Assembly (NCBI GenBank): GCA_965153355.1
Contig: OZ231126.1
Coordinates: 3,472,001-3,536,000, forward strand
DNA: 64,000 nt
Reading direction: 5' to 3'
Source: Flaccisagitta enflata
Lineage: Eukaryota
Made by a program: the position numbers and the translations under genes. Positions 53,741 to 64,000 of the stretch are shown piece by piece (position 1 is the stretch's first letter; the number at the start of each line of letters is the position of its first letter). The notes under the pieces are model-generated. The model had not been told where the DNA came from. It was given only the letters and a program-made list of their open reading frames with translations, and searched no databases.

Positions 53741-56700
53741 GCAACGAGGAGGACATCATGGAGGAGGACATCGCCCCCGGCCGAGCCCTGGCCGTCCACA
53801 ACGTCGACTATCAAGGCTCCACCGGCCAAATCGGCGAATCCCCTTTGGCCGGCAACATGATGGTGCCGGGATCCGGCCAAGTGGCTCTGGCCAGAGGCAA
53901 AATCGGCTCCTTGCGTCAACCGGGACAAATGGGCTACGTGGCTATGCCGGGAGTTATCGGCAATACTGGCAACAACGCCGACGATGGACGCCGGGAAATC
54001 GGCGGCGCCGGTGGCGCCGGTGGCGCCGGCGTTGGTAAAATCGGCTATGTGGCGCTGCCGGGCGTGATTGGCGCCGGGTCTTACGATAAAGATTACGCTC
54101 GCGGCGACGCCGGCGGCGGAATGATGATGCGCGGCGGAATGAAAGCGTCCTTGAAGGCAGTTGTCAGATCGCCGGCGCAAAGAGCTTATCTGGCGTCCAT
54201 CGGCAACGCCTATGACACCGTTAAATCTCTGCGTCAGGAGAAGAAAGACGACGATTTTGAGGATTATTCCCTCGTCGACGCCGAAGACGCGAAGAGACGC
54301 GGGGAGATGAGTCAGGAGGCGTTCCGCGCCCATGTGGCCAGTCTCAACTCGGCTTTGGGCCAACTCGTTCGCGCTTCTGGAATGACTAACGAGGAAGATC
54401 ATAAATTTCGTCAAGCGGATGAGAATCTCAACACGCTCATGTTCAACATTCATCAAGCGTTTAAGGAATCGTCAAAATTCTCCGAGTTACAAACAGCCGC
54501 GGTGAGGAAGGGCAAAATCCTGAACGCGGCTCAGGCGTTCATGGATGAATTTGGCAACTTTCTCAACGCAGCCAATTCCATCCAAAATGATCCCAAGAAG
54601 CTGAGGGAAGCGGCCGAGAAGCTGTCGGCAACCAGCAAGACGCTCACTGATACTATTGACAGCAAGAGCGTTGGTGGGAACGCAGTTGCTGTCAATAAGG
54701 ATTTCTTGGATTACTTGAAGGTGGTTCGAGAATCTGCCGAGAAGATTGCTGGGAAGATTGATGGTGAGAATCTGTATGAAGAATCGCCAAATCTTCAAGG
54801 TTATGTCAAAGATTTCTCCAAGGAAGTCCAAGTGCTGGATCACTGCGCGGGAATCATTGGGCCTTTCCTTCATGCCGCGCCTTGCCAAGAAGTGGCTTTA
54901 AAAGCAATCACGGATGTTGCAGACAGTCTTCAAGTAATGATGAATGAGTTGAATTTGTCATCCATTCCACGGGACAAATTAAAGGAAGTTGAAGATCTTG
55001 TCAAGGACTTGGCCAAAGCCTTGAAGAATCTCACCGATGCCACAGATTTGAGCAAATTGTCCAACGAAGAAAAAAGTGTGATTGACAAGTTGCTGAATGA
55101 CACTATCAAAGCCATCAATGGCATCAAGTTGTCCGCTGGAGATGAGGAGCAGCTGAAGACTCATATGGATAACTTGACTCAATCCAGTAAAGACATTCAA
55201 TCCATTCTCAAAGAAGTTGCAACATCTGAGGATTCTGATAGTGAAGACAACATCTCCGATGTTATCAAATTGCTTCATGATTCTACTGTATTGCTGGAGG
55301 AGATTGCCAAAGAACATGCCAAGGGTCAAGGTGATGGGAAGTTAGATGGTGCTTTGGGGGATTTTGTATTGGCATTAAACTTGGCTACAGATGATAGTTT
55401 AAGGCGTCTCTTGGGGGAGAACTTTGGTCGAGAGGCGACTGAACTGGCAACTGCAATGGTGCTTTGTGCTTCATCCTCAGATTATGTGGCTAGGTGGCAT
55501 CCTGAGAACCAGTCATTAGTCAAACTTCAAACATCGGAAACTAAGATGAAGGATTTGGCTCATGAGATTTCTGCATCGGTGATAAAGATGAAGAATGTTG
55601 AGAGTGATGAGCAATATGAAAAGCTTTTGGCAGAATCAAGGAGTGTTTTAGAAAATTCATTCAATCCTATCAAAGAATATGCAGAAGAGTACCAAGCAGC
55701 ATTATCCACGGTCAAAGATGATTCTCATGCGTCCATGATGACAATGCTCCATCAAAAGTTGCGGAATGCTTTGATGTCAATGCAAACTTCAAGCGCTCTC
55801 TTGCAACCTTTGCAGGCATCATCACCTTTAGACAGGACACTAAAGAGTCTATCAAACACCCAAGAACAACTCATTGCTTTGGATCAAGGATCAGATATTC
55901 AAAAGCTCATTAGGTCTCCATCAATGATTTCCCCTACCAAATCTGATATAACAAGTACAACAAAATCTCTGCTTCACTCTGCCAAGGCCCTTGTTGCATC
56001 ATTGGAAGGATCTGATCAAGAAGCAACCAAAGCTTCCTCAAAGGAAATGGAGAAATCCCTTAAAAACTTTGTTGGTGCTCTGAGAAAGGAAATGATGAAA
56101 GAAGAACTGGAGTCTGAGCAGAAGAAAGCACTTGTCAATGATGGAATTCAATTGATCAACAATACAGCTAGTGCCATGGAGGTGGCAAAAGACACAGATT
56201 TTTCTAATAAGGAGAGTGCGCAGGCATTGCAAGAAAGAATGAAAAACTTGGAGAATCTTTTTGAAAACTTTTTGAAGAATACTCCTATCGCCAAATCAAT
56301 TCAATATGCTCTGGATTCAACTGAGAGCCTTCAAGACAAATACGAACAGAAGAAATTCACAGCCAGTGGACTTACACAAGATGAAGCTGCCTCGCAGCTT
56401 ATTGCAAACTCTTCAAGCTTTGAGGTGGCAATGAAAGAAATGGCAGAGGTTCAAAAAATGAATGAGGAAAATTTGTCCAAAGCAGTCAACAAAATAACTG
56501 GAAGCTACGGTAATCTACTGATGAGTGGCTCAGAGCTCTCAAACCACCTGAGTGAGGACAAGTGTGCCAACTTGGACGAAATAATGCAAGAAGTGGGAAA
56601 AAAGACTAGGTCAGGTTTACTGGATCTTTTGAATATGAATATAGACACAAAAGTAGAGAAAAACAATGGTAATAATTTGTTGGATGCTGTAAAGGATGTC

Positions 56701-59700
56701 ACTGACAAATTGCAAGAGTTGCTGACCACACAATGGACGGAATCAGCTCATAAAAAAGAATGTGAGTCTGCAGGTAAAAGGCTGAAGTCACTAAAGATCA
56801 GTATTGAATCAAATGAACATCATGGATCTAACACAAAGCCAAGCTACTATGAAGTGGTTAAAGCTCTCAGAACAAATTCTGAAAATATAACAAATGGAAC
56901 CAATTTGCTGACAGATGCACTGAAATCTGAGGCCGGTGATGACAATGTTATTGTAGGAGTCAGAAAAATTGAGAACAGTGTCAAGGACATCGCTTCTAAA
57001 TTAGCTGCTTTAACAAATACGTCAAGCATTGAATCTTCAGTTCTTAATTCTGATCTTTTTACCAAAGCAGAAAAGCGACTAGAGGATATTGCAGCAACAT
57101 TATGCAATGATTCAGATCCTGCAAAAAGGACCAAAGCTACAGAGGATCTGGTTGTTGAGGTTAGGACTATCTGTAATGTTGCAAAGGAGTCATCTTTTAG
57201 CAGCGTTTCTGATTCACTGAAAAAGTCATACATTGCCAATTCGAAGCAACTTGCTAAACTCACCTCTTCCATTTTAGATGCCATAAAAGATGGGGAAAAT
57301 GACAGGACCAAAGACCTCACAGGGGAGTTTTTGGAAAATCTTCATCAATTGTGCTCTGCAATTAAGAACAGAAATCTGAAGCCAAATTTTGATGATTTTA
57401 AAGAGGAAAAACTTAGTATCATAAATGCCGCAGATGCATTGACCATTGAGGTTGCGAAAATGTTAGCAAATGAAGAAAAAGAGAGCCCCAAAATAGAGGC
57501 AAGCTCCAAATCAATGTTAAACGATATTGACAAAATCATCGCCAAACTTCAAAAGAGGAAACCAGGCCAAAGTGAATGCGAGGAAGCCAAGTTATTGGTG
57601 ACAGGCTTACTTAAGTCCATTGATGAGGTGGCAATGAATGGATTCACAGATTATGACGAAATGGCATCCATTGAAAGTGGTCATCAAAAATTCACCATAG
57701 CAGCCAAACAAACGTTGAAAGAGTTGAATGAGACAGTGGAAGTTGCCAACAATGATACTCAAAAAATTGGAGGCAAGGTCAAGGATTTGATCAAGTTCTT
57801 TGATCCATTGCTAAATGGCTCCCTTCGTCTTGCAGCTCAGGCACCCAACCAAAGATCCAAAGATCAAATTCTAGGCAACACCAGAACAGCGGCTGAAAAT
57901 ATGATTTCCTTTGTCGATAAGACCAGCAAAATTGATCCTGATGACATGATGACCAGAGTGACACTATCAGAGAAAAAGGCGGAAGCAGAGGCCTCCATCA
58001 ACGCTTTGATCGAATCAATTTCACATTTGATGGTTGACTTGGGACAAGTCAGTGGCATCAAAGAGGCCATTGATCAAGGCTTGGAACAACTTGACAAAAC
58101 CGAAGGACTTAGTGAAAAAGAAGTGGAGCTTGAAGACATTTTGAAGGAAGTCCAAAAACTCAGCAAATCTCTGCATCAAGTAAAAATCAAACACAGCGCC
58201 AAATCTCCAGATGTCTTTCAGAGCTTTGCAGAAACCGCAGCTGCCTTCAAGAATATCTCAGAAAACATCAATCACATGGTCAAAGATCCCAATTCCAACA
58301 CAATCCAAGCTTTCAAATTACTGGGTAATGAGCTCTTGGAAATTCTAAAGCAAGCCAAATCCACCTCTATAAACTCTGAAGAGGATTTGACCAATCATGT
58401 GAAAAAAGCCCAAGAAAAGCTGGCCTTAGCATTGAAAGGATTGAAAAAGACAGGCGAAGGAACGGAAGCCTGCGTTTCCTCCTTATCGACAATTGAAGGA
58501 TTCATCGCAGAAATTGATACAACGTTAATCTTTGCTTCCGCCGGCATGCATAGCGATGAAGGTGGGACCTTCCTGCCAGAAAAATCAAAAATCATCGACT
58601 CTTTCAATCAACTGGAAGAAGAAGTCAAAAAATTGCCAAAAAATCTGGATGATTCCAATCCCGCTATCAGACAAGCCAATGTGGCCACTCTGCTGCCAAA
58701 GATCAACCATCATTTGCACAGCCTAACAGATGCCATCAAATCCGCCAGCGCCTCGTCGGAAAAGGAAACGGAAATCCACGTCTCCGTCCTGGGATCATAC
58801 AAAGACCTCCTCTACAACGCATCTCAGATTATCAGGGATACCAAAGATGGCCTAAATCAGAAAGTCAACAGCGTCGACAGTCTGAACAAGTCAATTGATC
58901 AACTGACATCCGCATCCCAATCCGTAAAACAGATTCTGGAAAGCGCCGAGAATTCCAAATTGCAGAAAACGTTGGCTTTAGACGGCACTATCACAGCCAT
59001 TTCACAGGAAATGGCGCGCAGCAAAGAAGAAAACTACGCCGATGATTTAGTATCGAGTCCTGAGGATTTGGTGACAGCAACGAAAGCCGTTTCCTCCGTG
59101 ACGACGAAGGCTGTCGCGGCGGCGGTAAGTCAAGACCAAAAGAACATCATCAACTTCACCAGCGGCAGTCGAGAGGCGTTGACGGAATTGTTGAAGCGAT
59201 CCGCATCCGCGGCGAAATTCGCCAATGCGGAGACCAAAGGGAAAATTTCCACCTGCGCGCGGGAATGTAGTCAACACTTTTTGGCGATTTTGAAGGAGGT
59301 CAAAGCAGTCACAGAGTCAACTGGTTCTTCTTCTTCTTCTTCTACCGCTTCTGCCGCAGCAGCCGGCAGCAAAGACCAATTGGCGACCCATTCCAAGAAT
59401 GTGGCTCAATGCTTGACGACGTTGACGAAATTGGCGGAAGAGTTGAAAGGCGAAGATTGGGAGGATCCCGATGATCCAACAGTCGTCGCCGAACGCGATT
59501 TGTTGGTAGCCGCGGCGTCAATCGACGCCGCGGCCAAGAAATTGGCGCTGTTGCGGCCGCGGAAGGAGAAACGCGCCAGCATCCAAGTCGACGATTCGCT
59601 CAATTTCGAAGAGCAGATCCTGGAAGCGGCGAAATCCATAGCCCACGCCAGCTCCGCTCTCATCAAAGCCGCTTCCTACACCCAAAAGGAGCTCATCGAG

Positions 59701-60276
59701 AGAGGAATCATCGACTCGGAAGTGTCCGTCAGAGATCACGACGACGAAGAATATCGCTGGTCCAAAGGGCTCGTCAGCGCCGCGCAGCACGTCGCCGCGG
59801 CTACCAACTCACTCTGCGAAGCCGCCAACGCGGTGGTTTTAGGCACGGGATCGGAGGAGATGCTCGTCAGTTCGGCCAAGTTGGTGGCCTCATCGACGGC
59901 GCAACTCATCTTGGCGGCGCAGGTCAAAGCCGGCAAAGAGAGCGAGAACATGAAACGCCTGCAGGAAGCCGGAACAGCCGTCAGGAGAGCCTCGGACAAC
60001 CTCGTCAAGGCGGCAGAGGATCACATCAGGGGAGATCAAGCCGAGGAGGAAGAGGAGATGATGAGAAGAGGAGGAGCGGGAGGAGGAGGAGGAGAAGGGG
60101 GAGATGACGGAGAGGAGGGAGGGAAGATGATGTTCAAGAGGATGATTGAGGAGAGGAACGCGCTGATTGAAGTGGAAAAGGCCGAGAGAGAATTGAAGGA
60201 GAAGAGAGACGCGTTGATGAAGAAGAGGAAGCAGTTGAATCACCGCAAGTCGCTGAGAAAATCAAACGTACAATGA
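53741..60276 (+). CDS. TLN: Talin coding exon 9: linker, entire helical rod, I/LWEQ actin-binding domain and dimerisation helix
   Basis: 6536-nt open exon after (CAA)nCAG, in phase with exon 8. Contains GTEAC...I.GFIAEIDTTLIFASAG, WEDPDDPTVVAERDLL.AAASIDAAAKKL..LRPR, LNFEEQILEAAKSIA, WSKGLVSAA..VA.AT..LCEAAN and LVASSTAQL. Exon total is 7770 nt = 2589 aa. Confidence 0.95.
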
Positions 60277-61460
60277 AATGTAGATGTATATATGGAGAAA
60301 TGGATGTACATTAAGTGAGTTTGTGGTGAAGTAATGAAACGTAAATGAATTCATAGACGTTGAATCTGGCTTGATTCGCGGCGATAAAGAACCATTATCA
60401 TGAAGTAATGTGAAGTTGACCCGTTTGAACACGGGATCTGGACCGATTTATAGCTAGCTTCAGTGAGTTACGGTCAAGCTTGTAATTGTAGACTCGGTAG
60501 TTTTTTTATGATCGCAGAGTAATATCAAATTCTCTATTAATACTGAAATTGAGAGTACACATGCACCTCAGAGAACGATATGTGGACATGTATTTTGTGG
60601 GTTTTTAGTCGCGGACTAGCGACTCTATAAGAGGCTTTGTCCGTCCGTCCGTCCGTCCGTTGGTCCGTTGGTCCGTCCATCACACTTTACTTTTTCAGCG
60701 TTTTTGAGCTTTCTTGCCTTTCTGCTCCTGCCCAAATGATCAGCTGACCTCAAATATGGCCCCTGCCCTCCCACACGCGACTGGGGTAGCCGTGTATCCG
60801 GCCTTGTTTAATTACATTTCCTTACTCTCGTAGCATTGTGAACGAATCAAATGAATGTCCCAATGTTTTATCAATATTAACTCATATTTACTATAAACAT
60901 GTGTAAAAAAGAGAGCCGCTGGGACAGCTTAAAATGAGGGAGATACCGTGTATCTTTCATTAATTTCAAAATTGTTTGATCTTTGGATTTTTTTTTTTCT
61001 AAAACTTAAGTGGAAAGCAAAAAATAATTTTTAATCAAGGTACAACAGAACAACAATTTCTTTTTTTGATTTTTTTTTCGTCTTCAATACTAAAGCTTAT
61101 ATTTTCTTTATAATTCAGCATATGAAATTGTTATGATGAGAAAATCAAAGAACATAAACTTGGCGGCATATGAATTCTAGTGTGCTACAGCATTTGCCAA
61201 TGTAAAAAAAAATAAAACAAAAAGAAGTTATCATCTCGAATTGTCATTTTACTTCGTTTTGTCTGCTTTTTTGTCTTTTACGCAACTTATATCTCATCAA
61301 TACGTGTGAATGAGTAATGGTGTCAATGGAACATGCATTTGCTATTGTTTGCTCTTTCATAGTCTACTTATTTGAATATCTGCGTGTTTGCCCCTTTTAG
61401 AACGTTAAATCGCCCTGCAGAAACACTGTTTTACAATTTCATTCATTTGCAAGAAAATTT

Positions 61461-61524
<64 letters not shown>

Positions 61525-62384
61525 CTTTTTTATCCTTTTGGTGCTTGGATTTTTCATCGATGAATTTTCAATTCCTAGTCTACCGATCCTTTTTTTTCCC
61601 TTTTTTTCGAATACCGATTCAAACTTTGGTGTTCTACCAGATTCCAAAAGCGAACGAAATCCACCGAATACGAATGTTGTTCCAACTATTTCAAGTACAA
61701 AAAAAAAACAAAGAACAAAATGTTTGCCACTTGTTTGCCACTTTTTGCCTTGGAGGGAATTTGGAATTTTAGTAATGTTGCAAATTCTCTTTTATTTTTG
61801 GTTTGGCATTTAGAAATTCAGGTCTTTTACGTCATTCTTATACGTTTTTAGTGATGTCGTGCCTTTTTTGCAAAAAGAAAAAAATGCTTGCCTCTTTGCT
61901 AAAGAAAAAATTATGCTTGCCTTATTCTTTTCTTACTGCTGTCTTTTTTTTCTTTTTTAGACATGCCACGCCAACCTGGCTCTTACAGTCAACTATTATT
62001 ATTTATTGATATACATACATTCCTTTTTTATAAATAGAAATAGTACTAATAACATTTTATTTGTAAAACATGATGCACAATAAAAAACTTTTTTATTTGT
62101 CATTGATGACAGAATTGTTGCATTCCAGGTTTCTCCACAACGAAAAATACTCAATTTCAAAGCTGCTCTGATGAGAAAAAAAACCAAAAAAAAATACAGC
62201 AATAATTTTAGCCATTCCATTAACAATCTGTGATAACTGTAAAAAGATCACCAACAATACTCCAAAACATAACAAAAACAGCAAAAAAAAACCAAAAACA
62301 GCAAAAAAACATAAGACAAAAACGAACAAATTGACAAAAAACAAAACAAAACAAACAAAACAAACAACAACATCAAAACAAAAG

Positions 62385-62744
62385 ATGACGTCTGTATTTT
62401 CGTTCGAAGATTTGCCGATTGTTTGTCACGCTTGGAACCCAGATGCCTCTCTTCTTGCCATCTCTCAAAACTCAAACGAAATCAAAATCTACGCTAGAAA
62501 CAACAACAACAACAACGACAGCAATGATGCGGATCCCTTCAAGCTGCTGCACACGCTCGTCGAGCATACGGGCAAAGTGTTGAGCTTGGCTTGGAGTCGC
62601 TCGTCGGATAAGCTGATATCCGGTGGCGCCGATCGAAACGCCTTCGTGTGGACGTTGGAGGAAAATGTGTGGAAGCCGAGGCTCGTCATTTTGAGACTGA
62701 AAAGAGCGGCGACGAGTGTTAAATGGTCACCCAATGAAAATAAG
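62385..62744 (+). CDS. ARPC1: Arp2/3 complex subunit 1 (p41-ARC, WD40), coding exon 1
   Basis: PIVCHAWNPD...LAISQNSNEIKIY...L.EH.G.V...AWS...DRNAFVW...WKP.LVILRLKRAATSVKWSPNENK. Donor GTGAAA at 62745. Confidence 0.95.
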
Positions 62745-62810
62745 GTGAAAGCAGGTTGTTGTTGTGGTTGTTGTTGTTGTTGTTGATACTTTGTTGTTGT
62801 TGTTGTTGTT

Positions 62811-62854
<44 letters not shown>

Positions 62855-62935
62855 CGTCGTTGTCGTGCCGTTGTTGTTGTTGCTGTTGTTGTTGTTGCCG
62901 TTATTGTTGTTGCTGTCGTTGTTGCCGCCATCTTG

Positions 62936-62966
<31 letters not shown>

Positions 62967-63071
62967 TGCTGTTGCTGTTGTTGTTGTTGTTGTTATGTTG
63001 TTGTTGTTGTTGTTGTTGTTCTTGTTGTTGTTGTTCTTGTTGTTCTTGTTGTTGAGCTAATCTGCCGCGTC

Positions 63072-63135
63072 CCGTCATTTTGAGATTGAAAAGAGCAGCG
63101 ACGAGTGTCAAGTGGTCATTCAATGAAAAAAAGTT
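63072..63135 (+). repeat. Single intronic copy of the ARPC1 exon-1 3' end
   Basis: CGTCATTTTGAGATTGAAAAGAGCAGCGACGAGTGTCAAGTGGTCATTCAATGAAAAAAAG versus exon sequence 62684-62744. Confidence 0.9.
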
Positions 63136-63174
63136 ATTGTTGTTGTTGTTGTTGTTGTTACATATGTTGCTGTT

Positions 63175-63205
<31 letters not shown>

Positions 63206-63550
63206 TTGTTGTTGCTGTTGTTGGCTTGCTGTTGGTTTATTGTTGATGACTTGCTTCTGATAACTTATTGGCGGATATGGATGCCGCTAAAATTGACTTG
63301 CTGCTGCTTATAATTGACTTGTTGTTGTCGTTGGCCTGTAAAGCTCAACACAGTCAGGCAAGAGACACACCATATCTTTATGTTCTATAATTGGCTCATT
63401 GACCCGTTGCACTGTCCTTTCCTGTCACATTTCCCCCCCCCCTTCCCTTTCCTCCTCCTCTTCTGCCTCATCCGTCCCCCCTGCTCTTCCTCTTCCTCTT
63501 CCTCATTCTCCATTTCCCCCATCACAACAACAACGCGTTTTCAAAAACAG

Positions 63551-63857
63551 TTCGTTTGCGGATCTGGCGATAAAATGGCGGCCGTTTGTTACTACGACGC
63601 TGATCAAGATTTTTGGGTCTCCAAACACGCCAAGAAGAACGTCACGTCGACGATCGGTTGCGTCGACTGGCATCCCAACAACATCCTCGTCGCCACGGGC
63701 AGTTCCGACTTTCGCGTCCGCGTCTTCAGCGGCTTCGTCCGCGAGATCGAGGACAAGCCGTCGGCGACCCCTTGGGGAAGCAGGATGCCGTTTGGCGAGG
63801 AGATGGCGTCTTTTACGTGCGGAGGTTGGGTCCATGACGTCGCGTTTTCCCCTTCCG
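63551..63857 (+). CDS. ARPC1: ARPC1 coding exon 2 (gene continues past the window)
   Basis: FVCGSG...VCYY...DFWVSKH.KK...ST...VDWHPNNILVATGSSDFRVRVFSG...IEDKPSATPWGSRMPFGE...GGWVHDVAFSPSG. AAACAG acceptor, GTTAGT donor. Confidence 0.95.
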
Positions 63858-63863
63858 GTTAGT

Positions 63864-64000
<137 letters not shown>

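Overview
Eukaryotic (animal, probably invertebrate) genomic DNA, rich in microsatellites and transposons. On the + strand it holds three genes: the last exon of a C2H2-zinc-finger-like gene (137-989); a complete 9-coding-exon talin gene (ATG 12035, stop 60276, 2589 aa by my exon assembly, FERM head in 8 small exons, whole rod in one 6.5-kb exon); and the first two coding exons of ARPC1 (62385 onward). Inside the 27-kb second coding intron of talin, on the - strand, I reconstructed two nested spliced genes that the ORF track shows only in fragments. They encode signal-peptide plus V-type-Ig-like proteins whose domains are each split into half-domain exons, with spare degenerate half-exons nearby. 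The most unusual pattern is a recurrent 'splice-site echo'. Exon ends, with their intact donor or acceptor, are tandemly copied into the adjacent intron (up to 13 extra copies) at five talin junctions, one nested-gene junction and one ARPC1 junction. The rest is MITEs, DINE-1/HINE-like elements, two decayed DNA-transposon copies and a 5.8-kb element with A-BA-B terminal repeats. Gene models are manual and need RNA-seq confirmation; repeat boundaries are approximate.
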